Shown: one piece after another, positions 10,699-18,938 of the stretch | How positions within the stretch are numbered: the first letter of the stretch is position 1 | How the letters are laid out: each line of letters opens with the position of its first letter | IMG/VR virus record: IMGVR_UViG_3300045988_020923 | Span: 1 to 56,125 of that record | DNA length: 56,125 nt | Source of the DNA: a virus | Reading direction: 5' to 3' (one strand) | Made by a program: the position numbers and the translations under genes | Notes under the pieces: model-generated | Told to the model about the DNA's origin: nothing | Databases searched by the model: none | The model's input: only the letters and a program-made list of their open reading frames with translations

Positions 10699-10977
10699 AT
10701 GGAACATTTCAAGTTCAAGTGCAAAGTCGGATTGGATGGTCGATTGTATGGCGGCGGGTGGTGTCATGAAAGCGTTATTCCAAACCCGCTGCCGCCTGAT
10801 GAGATTCTGTTCGATGACCTGTCAGGAATGACAGAAGGGTTTTATACAGATTATTTGTGGGATGGAGCCAACTTGATATACAGCCCCGTACCAACAGCCG
10901 ATGAGCCTGTTAATACCGAAACGGAAACGGCTTTTACGCAAACCAACGAAAATGAAGAGGAGGTGACATATCAATGA
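10699..10977 (+). CDS. Hypothetical tail-module protein
   Basis: 92 aa from ATG 10699 with GAGGTGG RBS; overlaps next gene start. Confidence 0.4.
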   Translation: MEHFKFKCKVGLDGRLYGGGWCHESVIPNPLPPDEILFDDLSGMTEGFYTDYLWDGANLIYSPVPTADEPVNTETETAFTQTNENEEEVTYQ

Positions 10978-12065
10978 GCTATCAGAAGCAGAACTTTGCA
11001 AACGGCGAAGTGCTTACCGCTTCGCAGCTGAATCACATGGAGGACGGTATTGCAAAAGCTAATGAAAATACGAATTCTGGCTCCGGCCTGAGCGAGACCA
11101 GCAAGACCCTGCTGCTGTCCCTTTTGGAAAACGCCGCCTACACCAGCCCCTCCATGCAGGCGCAGCTGAACGCCTTGCGCACCGAGTGGAGCAGCGGCGG
11201 TGGCAGCGGTGGCAGTGACAAGATTCCGGTGCAGAGCATCAGCCTGAGCAGCAGCGCCCTGACCCTGAACGAGGGCGAGAGCAAGACCCTGACCGTTACC
11301 GTGCTGCCTGCGGATGCCACCTATGGCGATCTTGTTCTTAACTTTAGTCCGGGAAGTTTCGTTTCTAATTCAGGCGTACCTGTTAAGCTATCTAAAAATG
11401 TGTACAGATACACTTTGAAAGCTTTAAAGGCGGGCACTTGCACGGTGACCGCCACCGCAGGCGGCAAGAGCGCCAGCTGCACCGTGACGGTGGAAGCAGC
11501 CGAGACGGCACAGCTGATCTACACCCTGCCCGCCGAAACGGAGCTGACCAACGGCTTTGACACCGGTCTGAAGCTGCTGGAGCACGCATCCACCGAGTCG
11601 CCGCAGTACACCATTCTGGTGGACGCAAAGGCGGGGGACAACTTTGACGCAAGCACATGGCCTGCTTTCCTGCACTGCCTGACCGAGACCGGCAGCACCG
11701 CCAACCTGCCCGGCTTCAACTCCACCAGCAGTCCGCTGAATAATAAGACGGAGTTCGCCTACTACAACTACGGCGGCGTTACCCTGTCGGACAGCATCGA
11801 GCACCTCAAGACCCGCACGCGGTATGTGGTGCAGCTTGATGGTAAAAAGTACCGCGGCGGCAGCACCTACTGCCCGATGACCGGGTGGCTGACCAGCAAC
11901 AGTGCGATCATCGATGTGCCCCAGACCTTCCTGATCGGTGCGGCACAGAGCGCGGACGGCAGCAAAAAGCAGCAGTTCTGGTTGGGCACGCTGTATCAGT
12001 GTAAGGTGTACAAGGGGCTGCTGAGCGATGAGAAAGTGAACGAGTACATCGAAAAGGGGTGGTAA
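10974..12065 (+). CDS. Tail fibre / receptor-binding protein (Big_2 plus LamG-like C-terminus)
   Basis: N-terminal NFANGEVLTASQLNHMEDGI fibre motif; IPVQSISLSSSALTLNEGESKTLTVTVLPADAT Big_2 motif; C-terminal FLIGAAQ...LYQCKVYKGLLSDEKV LamG-like pattern. Confidence 0.65.
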   Translation: MSYQKQNFANGEVLTASQLNHMEDGIAKANENTNSGSGLSETSKTLLLSLLENAAYTSPSMQAQLNALRTEWSSGGGSGGSDKIPVQSISLSSSALTLNEGESKTLTVTVLPADATYGDLVLNFSPGSFVSNSGVPVKLSKNVYRYTLKALKAGTCTVTATAGGKSASCTVTVEAAETAQLIYTLPAETELTNGFDTGLKLLEHASTESPQYTILVDAKAGDNFDASTWPAFLHCLTETGSTANLPGFNSTSSPLNNKTEFAYYNYGGVTLSDSIEHLKTRTRYVVQLDGKKYRGGSTYCPMTGWLTSNSAIIDVPQTFLIGAAQSADGSKKQQFWLGTLYQCKVYKGLLSDEKVNEYIEKGW

Positions 12066-12066
12066 A

Positions 12067-12744
12067 ATGGAAGGATACAGTATCAGCGGCCAGATCATCA
12101 GCCCGCTGGCGGGAAAAGCACTGTACATTGCAGGCGACAGCATCGCCTATGGCAAGGGCAGCGCGGGCGGCTACGGCAAGTGCATTGCAGACCGGTACGG
12201 AATGCAGCTGATCAACGAAGCGGTGGACGGTGCAACGCTGGCGACACTGGTCCCTGACAATGTGAACGGCGGTTACCGCACCAGCATCGGCATGACCGTG
12301 AAAAGCTCTACGGAGCTGGAAAAGGCAGACTATATCCTGCTGGAGGGCGGCGTAAATGATGCGTGGAACAAGGCCCCTGTGGGCACCTTGACGGATGGTT
12401 TTGCCGCCACCTACGATGAAACGACCATGACCGGCGCACTGGAAAAAATGCTGGAGTATCTGGCGAAAAACTACAGCGACAAGCGCGTGGCCTATGTGTT
12501 CCCCCACGGCGGGCTGTTCGGCAGCAGCGAAAACTGGTACAAGACCTACAAGCCCGCCATCCTTGCAGCGCTGCAGAAATGGGGCGTGCCCTACGTGGAC
12601 ATTGCAGAAAGCACCCCGCCCATGGGCGGCCACGGCATCAGCGGGCTGAGCGGCAAGTACACCGGCGATGGCACACACCCCAACAAAGCAGGCTACGAGC
12701 GGTTTTACATGGAGCCCATCGCTGCGCTGCTGAAGCGTATGTAA
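12067..12744 (+). CDS. SGNH/GDSL-family hydrolase (esterase)
   Basis: Blocks GDSIAYG (I), GGVNDAW (III) and DGTHPN (V) all present. Confidence 0.8.
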   Translation: MEGYSISGQIISPLAGKALYIAGDSIAYGKGSAGGYGKCIADRYGMQLINEAVDGATLATLVPDNVNGGYRTSIGMTVKSSTELEKADYILLEGGVNDAWNKAPVGTLTDGFAATYDETTMTGALEKMLEYLAKNYSDKRVAYVFPHGGLFGSSENWYKTYKPAILAALQKWGVPYVDIAESTPPMGGHGISGLSGKYTGDGTHPNKAGYERFYMEPIAALLKRM

Positions 12745-12765
12745 AGAAAAGAAAGGACTGATATC

Positions 12766-13443
12766 ATGCTTCCTATCATGGACGTATCCCGCTGGCAGGG
12801 GCGCATCAACTGGGACAAGGTCAAGGCAAGCGGCCTTGTCTCCGGTGTGATGCTGCGGGCGCTGGGCAACAGCCCGAAAGACGCACCCAGCAAGCCGTAC
12901 ATCGACCCCACATTTGAGCGCAACTACGCCGAGTGCCAGCGACTGGGCATCCCCTGCGGCGTGTACTACTACTGCAAGGCGGTCAACACGGCAGAGGCTG
13001 ACGCAGAGCTTGCCCTGCTGCGCAAGGTGCTGACCGGCAAGACAGTGCAGCTGCCGGTGGCGGTTGACATCGAGGACGGCTATGTGCAAGCACCGCTTGA
13101 CAAGCAGACCCTGACGGACATTGCCGCTCATGCGCTGGGCACGGTGGAGCGCTGGGGCTTTTACGCCATGCTGTACACCGGGCTATATTTTGGCGAAACC
13201 AACCTGTACATGACCGGTGCGGCGATCAAGCCTTATGACGTGTGGCTGGCAGCCTACCGCAGCAAAAAGCCTGAACCGGGCTGGCCGTTCGGCTTGTGGC
13301 AGTACACCAGCAAGGGCAAGATTCCCGGCGTTGTGGACGCAATACCGGGCAAGATTTCCGGCGTGGACTTGTCTGTGCCCTACAAGGACTACGCTAAAAT
13401 CATTGCTAAGAAGGGTCTGACCCGTCTTCGGGAGGGCACATGA
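12766..13443 (+). CDS. GH25 muramidase endolysin (catalytic domain only)
   Basis: DVSRWQGRINWDKVKASG, YYYCKA, VAVDIED and WQYTS motifs typical of GH25 lysozymes; no obvious cell-wall-binding domain in 225 aa. Confidence 0.85.
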   Translation: MLPIMDVSRWQGRINWDKVKASGLVSGVMLRALGNSPKDAPSKPYIDPTFERNYAECQRLGIPCGVYYYCKAVNTAEADAELALLRKVLTGKTVQLPVAVDIEDGYVQAPLDKQTLTDIAAHALGTVERWGFYAMLYTGLYFGETNLYMTGAAIKPYDVWLAAYRSKKPEPGWPFGLWQYTSKGKIPGVVDAIPGKISGVDLSVPYKDYAKIIAKKGLTRLREGT

Positions 13444-13709
13444 GCGAAGCAATCATCGTGGCAATCATCACCGGCGGTCTGAGCCTGATCGGCGTGATCG
13501 TCTCCAACAACCGCACCGCTCAGAGCATGGACAAGAGCATGGACGCCAAGTTGGACAAGCAGCAGGCCGTCACCGAAACCAAGCTGGAAGAGCTGACCCG
13601 CGAAGTCCGGGCGCACAACAACTTTGCCCAGCGCATCCCGGTGCTGGAAGAACAGATCAAGGTGGCAAACCACCGCATCGAAGACCTCGAAAAAGAGAGA
13701 GGAGAGTAA
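13440..13709 (+). CDS. Lysis-module membrane protein (N-terminal TM plus coiled coil; holin-like)
   Basis: 89 aa; hydrophobic IIVAIITGGLSLIGVIV then a helical charged tail; start overlaps endolysin stop. Confidence 0.45.
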   Translation: MSEAIIVAIITGGLSLIGVIVSNNRTAQSMDKSMDAKLDKQQAVTETKLEELTREVRAHNNFAQRIPVLEEQIKVANHRIEDLEKERGE

Positions 13710-13712
13710 CAC

Positions 13713-14054
13713 ATGGAAACCATTTTTAACGCCATTCTTACCCCGCTGCCCGCGTGGCTGGCGCTGGTGCTCATCGTTGTGGGCGCTGTGTCGCTTGTGC
13801 TGGGGCTTATCCGACTGGGCTACGGCGCAGCGGTCAGGACGCTGGTTCTTGACCTCATCGACCAAGCTGAGAAGGAGATTCAGGGCACCAAGCGCGGCGC
13901 AGAGCGCAAGGCGTGGTGCGTCAAGATGCTGCGCCACTACCTGAACAACAGCCGGTGGGGCAGGCTGGTCAGCTGGGCAATCACCGAAGAGACCATGAGC
14001 AAAGTGATTCAGTTTTTCTTTGACCGGGCAAGAGCAGCCCTGCAAAAGCAGTAA
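13713..14054 (+). CDS. Holin, LL-H-like family
   Basis: 113 aa with a single N-terminal TM (LPAWLALVLIVVGAVSLVLGLI) and a charged C-terminal domain, adjacent to the endolysin. Confidence 0.6.
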   Translation: METIFNAILTPLPAWLALVLIVVGAVSLVLGLIRLGYGAAVRTLVLDLIDQAEKEIQGTKRGAERKAWCVKMLRHYLNNSRWGRLVSWAITEETMSKVIQFFFDRARAALQKQ

Positions 14055-14064
14055 GGAGGATATC

Positions 14065-14473
14065 ATGGCAAGCACTACATACGAGCATTTTGTTGACGCC
14101 AACAAAATGTACGCCACACAAGAGCAATTTCGTGACATCACGAAACTGGTGACAAAACGTCACCAGTTTGCCAGCATTGGCAATATGGTGCGCAACGCCG
14201 GACAGCTGCCGCAGCCCTTCTGGCTCGGTGCTGCCCGTGGCGGCGGCTCGCGTAGTGCTGCCCGCTGCGCTGCGAGGACTTGACAGACAGAGGATGATCG
14301 CCGCCATCAAAAGCGCACCGCTTGGGAGGGTAGACCGTAAGATAGCCTTACTGCGGTATGTTGAGCGGCTTCCGCTGCCGGACATTGCAGCACAGACACA
14401 TTACAGTCGGACGGCGATAGGCTACCGGCTGAAAGTTATTGATGAAAAGCTAGACGAAAGGAGCTCACCGTGA
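14065..14473 (+). pseudogene. ArpU / sigma-70 region-4-like regulator split over two frames (14065-14283 and 14294-14473)
   Basis: Strong AGGAGG RBS at 14065. The C-terminal ORF has an r4-like LLRYVERLPLPDIAAQTHYSRTAIGYRL. The +1 frame is open from 14168 and reads PSGSVLP right after frame-A LPQP. Confidence 0.5.
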
Positions 14474-14613
14474 ACCTCGAAAATGTTCCGACCGCCAATC
14501 TTATTACAGAGCTTCGCAAACGCGAGGGCGTGGAAACGACTGTTGTCGAGCCCTATCAGGACGCAGCGGTCAGCGTCAACGGCCCCGCACTGGTTCTTGT
14601 CGTAACAGATTGA
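14470..14613 (+). CDS. Small conserved phage protein (BC1881-like, 47 aa)
   Basis: GTG start with AAAGGAG RBS; VNLENVPTANLITELRKREGVETTVVEPYQDAAVSVNGPALVLVVTD resembles a recurrent small phage/Bacillus family (from memory). Confidence 0.45.
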   Translation: MNLENVPTANLITELRKREGVETTVVEPYQDAAVSVNGPALVLVVTD

Positions 14614-14776
14614 TTGTGGTAAAATAACATCAACAAATCCACCCGGCCTCTCGAAGAAGCACAAGAGGGCGGATATCTGAAATCCCCTGCTTTGCCGAAG
14701 CCCTGCGTGCCACGCGGGGTACTTTGTAGGCAAAGTGTGGGATTTTGTTTTATTTGCACTAGTTTTGTCGAAACCC

Positions 14777-14805
14777 TTGCCTTGCAAGCAGAAACGTGAT
14801 ATTTT
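14777..14805 (+). promoter_or_regulatory. Candidate sigma-70-type promoter (TTGCCT-17-TATTTT)
   Basis: Read directly; lies about 40 nt upstream of the terminator at 14841. Confidence 0.3.
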
Positions 14806-14840
14806 AGTTTTGCTTCCAATGCGAAGTCCTTTAATAGTTA

Positions 14841-14881
14841 AGCGCTCATGCGGTTTTTCCGTGTGGGCGCTTTTCTTTTTT
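14841..14881 (+). terminator. Rho-independent terminator
   Basis: 13-bp stem AGCGCTCATGCGG/CCGTGTGGGCGCT (with G-U pairs) followed by TTTTCTTTTTT. Confidence 0.65.
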
Positions 14882-14955
14882 GTCCTTCGTTGTACCTTCG
14901 TTGTCCTTTGTTTTTTGCCGATGCGGTACACTGAGAGCACAAGGAGGGATGTTTT

Positions 14956-15474
14956 ATGAGCTATTATCCGACACCCGGAACACCCTACGTTCCGCAGCAG
15001 CCTGTCAATCCTTACGGCGGCATGGGCGCAGTCGGGCTTGCCACTCCCCTGCCGAACACACAGATGCAACAGGCACAGCCGCAGCGTCCGCAGCCGATGA
15101 ATGGGCAGCAGCCTGTTCAGCAGTCGGCACAGGACGGAGGTTGGTTACTCGGCAGACCTGTTTCCAGCAGGGAAGAATTTCTGGCGATACCGTCAGACCT
15201 GTACGGCAGACCGACCTACTGCCCGGACTTACGCAGCGGTGTGATCTACTGCAAGCGGCTCAACCCGGACACCTGCGAATCCTATGTGCAGGAGTTTTAC
15301 AGCCCGGAAGCATGGCGGCAAATGCAAGCACAACAGGCGCAGCAGACCGCTGCACCGACACAGCAGTATGTGCCTGTTGAAGAGTATAACGCTCTAGTCC
15401 ACAGGTTGGATGAACTGGAAAAATGGCAGAAGAGCTTTTCTAAGCCCGCTACCGCAGCGAAGAAAGGAGAATAA
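14956..15474 (+). CDS. Hypothetical protein with Gln/Pro-rich N-terminus
   Basis: 172 aa, AAGGAGGG RBS; first gene of the cargo cassette. Confidence 0.5.
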   Translation: MSYYPTPGTPYVPQQPVNPYGGMGAVGLATPLPNTQMQQAQPQRPQPMNGQQPVQQSAQDGGWLLGRPVSSREEFLAIPSDLYGRPTYCPDLRSGVIYCKRLNPDTCESYVQEFYSPEAWRQMQAQQAQQTAAPTQQYVPVEEYNALVHRLDELEKWQKSFSKPATAAKKGE

Positions 15475-15477
15475 GCG

Positions 15478-15729
15478 ATGCCCTCTCCATTTGATATGAT
15501 TACTCACAGCCCTATCATGCAGCTTGCAAATCTGGCTCGTGCCGGGCAAAACCCGATGGGGCTTATCCAGCAGTTGGGTGGGCAGAGCGCACCCATCATG
15601 CAGGGGCTGAACCTGATTCAGGGAAAGAACGAATCACAGCTCCGGACGATGGCGCAGAACCTCGCCAAAGAGCGCGGCATCGACCTGAACCAGCTGGCAA
15701 GCGTCCTGAATTTGACGCTTCCGAAGTGA
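15478..15729 (+). CDS. Hypothetical protein
   Basis: 83 aa, AAAGGAG RBS; Gln/Leu-rich. Confidence 0.5.
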   Translation: MPSPFDMITHSPIMQLANLARAGQNPMGLIQQLGGQSAPIMQGLNLIQGKNESQLRTMAQNLAKERGIDLNQLASVLNLTLPK

Positions 15730-15741
15730 GGAGGCTTTACA

Positions 15742-15903
15742 ATGGATGATTTTGAAAACAGCCATCCAGAAAAAGATTTTGACATCAACAATCTGTGTGG
15801 CAATGACAAAATATGGATTCCTTTAATGCTCGGATTGATTTTCGGCGCTGTCAGCAAAACGTGGGACGACCCGAAAGATAAAAAAGACAATCCTCCAAGC
15901 TGA
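15742..15903 (+). CDS. Small membrane protein (53 aa)
   Basis: GGAGG RBS; the MDDF start and the TM segment IWIPLMLGLIFGAV resemble the N-terminus of the 16045 product. Confidence 0.4.
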   Translation: MDDFENSHPEKDFDINNLCGNDKIWIPLMLGLIFGAVSKTWDDPKDKKDNPPS

Positions 15904-16044
15904 CTTAACAATCCCCAAATAATCATCCCTCTAAGCGAAACGCTTCTCAGTTTTTGCGGACTTGACAAAAACCGCATTTGTTTGGCTTCGCCCATCGCAT
16001 ACGGCGGTGGGATAGCATAACGCAAAACTGAAAGGAGTTTTGTT

Positions 16045-16917
16045 ATGGACGATTTTGCAACTGGCTATCTGGCTGGGCAGGACGGCGGCAATAACAACGG
16101 CGGATTCTTCGGCAACGAAGGTCTGTGGGCTGTCATCATCCTCGCTATCATCTTCGGCTGGGGCACAAACGGCTATGGCCGGAACGGCGGGGACAACGGC
16201 ATGAACAGCTACATCCCATATCTGGTTGGCACTGGCGCAACCGGTCAGGGCGGTGCAGACACTCGCGCGGCTCTGTCTGAGGGCTTCTACCAGCAGGATA
16301 CCTCCCGCTCTCTGGCGGGCATCCAGAGCGGTATCTGCTCTCTGGGCTATGACCAGCTGGCGCAGATTAATGGCATCAACGCCAACATTGCGAACGGCTT
16401 TGCTGGTGTGAACAGCGCCATCTGTCAGCTTGGCTACCAGAACGCACAGCTGGTAAACGGCCTGGAACGCAGCGTGTCTAACGGCGACAACGCCATCAGC
16501 CTTGCTATCATGCAGGAGGGCAACGCTCGGCAGGCTGGCCAGACCGCTCTTGCCACGCAGCTGGCATCTTGCTGCTGCGAGAACAAGCAGCTGATCGGCG
16601 ACCTGAAGTACACCATCGCAACAGAGGACTGCGCTACCCGTCAGGCTATCGCAGACAATGCCCGCGCAGTTATCGACAACTGCAACGCGAACTACCGCGC
16701 TATGATGGACTACTTCACGCAGGATAAGATCGCCACTCTGACCGCTGAGAACCAGAACCTCAAGTTCGCCGCTTCTCAGGATCGTCAGAATGCGCTTCTG
16801 ACCACCGTGATGTCCCAGCAGACTGATACCATCCTGAACCGGGTCAACCCTCGTCCGATTCCCGCTTATCAGGTGGCAAACCCTAACGTGGGCGTGAACT
16901 GCTGCGGCTGCTGCTAA
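16045..16917 (+). CDS. Membrane-anchored Gly/Asn/Gln/Cys-rich protein ending in CCGCC
   Basis: 290 aa, AAAGGAG RBS; N-terminal G/N-rich segment plus TM (LWAVIILAIIFGWG), helical Q/N/A-rich body with paired Cys, C-terminal VNCCGCC. Confidence 0.55.
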   Translation: MDDFATGYLAGQDGGNNNGGFFGNEGLWAVIILAIIFGWGTNGYGRNGGDNGMNSYIPYLVGTGATGQGGADTRAALSEGFYQQDTSRSLAGIQSGICSLGYDQLAQINGINANIANGFAGVNSAICQLGYQNAQLVNGLERSVSNGDNAISLAIMQEGNARQAGQTALATQLASCCCENKQLIGDLKYTIATEDCATRQAIADNARAVIDNCNANYRAMMDYFTQDKIATLTAENQNLKFAASQDRQNALLTTVMSQQTDTILNRVNPRPIPAYQVANPNVGVNCCGCC

Positions 16918-17002
16918 CCAACACACTCCCCGATAACACCGGGTGAACCATCGGGGCAGCGGTAAGACACCTCTGCCCCTGATTTTTTAGGAGGAAAACA
17001 TT

Positions 17003-17374
17003 ATGGCTTGCAAAACAAGCTGCAAACTCTGCTCTCACTTGGTCATCAGTCAGGCGGTCACGTTCGCCAACGATACGCTGACCATCAATATCCCTGATGG
17101 CGCATACCAGAACGGAGAGAAGTATTGCATCGTGGTTGCCCAGAGCATCCCGGACACGACCACCATCAACGCCCCTGTTGTCATTACCATCGGCACAGGT
17201 ACGACCGCATACCCTCTGACCGACTGCAACTGCGCTCAGGCAACCGCCGAGAGCATCCACACTCGCACCCGCTACGCTACCCGCGTTGCAACGTCTGCGA
17301 CCGGCACCGGCACGTTCAAGTATCTTGGCTGCTTCTGCCGTTCCCACGCTGGCGCGCCCGCGTCCATTTCTTGA
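17003..17374 (+). CDS. Cys-rich beta-type hypothetical protein
   Basis: 123 aa, AGGAGG RBS; the MACKTSCKLCSHLVISQAVTF...EKYCIVVAQSIP pattern is recalled from Clostridia hypothetical proteins. Confidence 0.5.
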   Translation: MACKTSCKLCSHLVISQAVTFANDTLTINIPDGAYQNGEKYCIVVAQSIPDTTTINAPVVITIGTGTTAYPLTDCNCAQATAESIHTRTRYATRVATSATGTGTFKYLGCFCRSHAGAPASIS

Positions 17375-17387
17375 GGAGGTATAGATT

Positions 17388-18026
17388 ATGGGCAAGACTA
17401 ATTTTCGCCGCATGATGATGCTCCGTGACCACGACAAAAACCGTGAGCCGGAACGTGACCGCCTTGAGGAAGAGCGTGACCGCAGGGAACGTGAGATGGA
17501 ACGCCGTCTGCGTAAGCTGGAAGGTGGTAACGACCGCTATCCCTACTATCCGCAGGAAGAAAACCGATACATCGACCCCTACCCCATCCCCCGCTACCCT
17601 GACGTGGAGAATGGACGCAGAATGCCGCAAATCGGATTCTCGCAAAACGGTGACTGGGACAAGCAGTCTGGGCAGTACGAACGTGGCGGCGCAGACAGCC
17701 GTTCCATCAAGATGCCGCGCCAGCACCTCACCCACGATGAAGCGGAGGAATGGTGCGACAGCATGGTGAACGCTGACGGTACGAAAGGCTGTCACTGGAC
17801 GCTGGAGCAGACGCAGGACGTTGCCAAACAGCGCAATATCACCTGTGACCCGAACGATTTCTGGGCTGTTATGAACATGATGTATTCGGATTATTGTCAG
17901 GTCGCAAAGCGCCAGTCCGTTGACACTCCGGGCTTCTACGCTGACATGGCAAAGGCGTTCCTTGAGGACGCAGATGCCGCAGACGGCAAGGCATATCTCT
18001 ACTGGGATTGCATTGCTGATAAGTAA
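17388..18026 (+). CDS. Hypothetical protein (Arg/Glu-rich N-terminus, conserved C-terminal domain)
   Basis: 212 aa, GAGGAGG RBS; last gene of the cargo cassette. Confidence 0.55.
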   Translation: MGKTNFRRMMMLRDHDKNREPERDRLEEERDRREREMERRLRKLEGGNDRYPYYPQEENRYIDPYPIPRYPDVENGRRMPQIGFSQNGDWDKQSGQYERGGADSRSIKMPRQHLTHDEAEEWCDSMVNADGTKGCHWTLEQTQDVAKQRNITCDPNDFWAVMNMMYSDYCQVAKRQSVDTPGFYADMAKAFLEDADAADGKAYLYWDCIADK

Positions 18027-18027
18027 A

Positions 18028-18077
18028 GAAAAACCCCTGTGCAGCCTTTATGGGTTGCGCAGGGGTTTCTTTTGTTA
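18028..18077. terminator. Bidirectional rho-independent terminator between convergent genes
   Basis: 16-bp stem AAACCCCTGTGCAGCC/GGTTGCGCAGGGGTTT flanked by an A-run and a T-run. Confidence 0.7.
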
Positions 18078-18542
18078 TTCATTCTCATCAGAAAGACGGT
18101 TAACCCAAGCATTTAGCACCTCTCTGTACACCGTCATATTCGGACAGAAGTAGCTGTTTGTAAATACCGGCGTATCATCATTACACAGAATTCTCATAAC
18201 AGCAGCGCACACGGCTGCGGATCTTGATACGCCAGCACCACAATTCACGCAGAACCAATCCGTCTTATCTTCTTCATAGTTATCCAGAACAAAATTCACA
18301 ATATTCTTAGCTTGAATATCAGTGATACAGGTGCCTTCTAAATCAGTAGTGCAATCATCAAACTTCAGCGGTAGAAAAGTAATATTGCCCTCACACTTAT
18401 TAAAATCAATATGATGACCATTAGCTTCAGTGATTGAGATAAACCGAATCCGTTCAAAATGTGGCTGTCGGATAAAGTCTTCTGCATCTTCTGCACTCAT
18501 CACCGAAAATTTCCATTTTCTTCGATACATAGTAACAATCAT
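18075..18542 (-). CDS. Cys-based protein phosphatase (dual-specificity/PTP-like, CX5R)
   Basis: VNCGAGVSRSAAV matches the C-X5-R-S P-loop signature; GGAGG RBS; AT-rich local composition. Confidence 0.75.
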   Translation of the reverse strand: MIVTMYRRKWKFSVMSAEDAEDFIRQPHFERIRFISITEANGHHIDFNKCEGNITFLPLKFDDCTTDLEGTCITDIQAKNIVNFVLDNYEEDKTDWFCVNCGAGVSRSAAVCAAVMRILCNDDTPVFTNSYFCPNMTVYREVLNAWVNRLSDENE

Positions 18543-18562
18543 TTAGTTTTCCTCCAAAGAAT

Positions 18563-18733
18563 TTAGGTTTTATCAATAAATGATAAATCCATATCCTTAA
18601 ACTCAACTACTTCACTATCTTTTATAGGACAATTTTCGTATATTTTTATTGCATCGTCTACCAACGGATGCTTTAGCAAATATAGCAGTCTTTTCATTCC
18701 TTCTTTTGAGATGTTATACTCTTCTCGACTCAT
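18563..18733 (-). CDS. Small hypothetical protein (56 aa)
   Basis: ORF below the track cutoff, read by hand (MSREEYNISKEGMKRLLYLLKHP...); weak AAGGTG RBS. Confidence 0.35.
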   Translation of the reverse strand: MSREEYNISKEGMKRLLYLLKHPLVDDAIKIYENCPIKDSEVVEFKDMDLSFIDKT

Positions 18734-18938
18734 CTTAATCACCTTTTTTCAAAATGCAAACGGATTACTATTCGCTGCTATTGTCAGTGCCACATTAAAA
18801 GCAAACATTATAAACGCGGCCACTGCGACTACACAGGGGTTTACTATTGAAAAAGCTAGGTGGGGTGACAATTCCCACATCTCCTAACGATGGGCGATAG
18901 CTGCCTGTTCTATTCTCTAGCGTTTCATTGCTTAAATT

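Noticed and set aside
56-14054. Stop-codon recoding or suppressor-tRNA use in late genes (prompted by the odd tRNA-like element)
   Set aside because: All structural and lysis genes read as uninterrupted ORFs under the standard code, and no anticodon complementary to a stop codon could be placed in the tRNA-like element.
18735-18870. 43-aa hydrophobic minus-strand ORF (MWELSPHLAFSIVNPCVVAVAAFIMFAFNVALTIAANSNPFAF) as a type I toxin candidate
   Set aside because: The AGGAG directly abuts the ATG with no spacing, and no antisense RNA signals are evident. The evidence is too weak to annotate.
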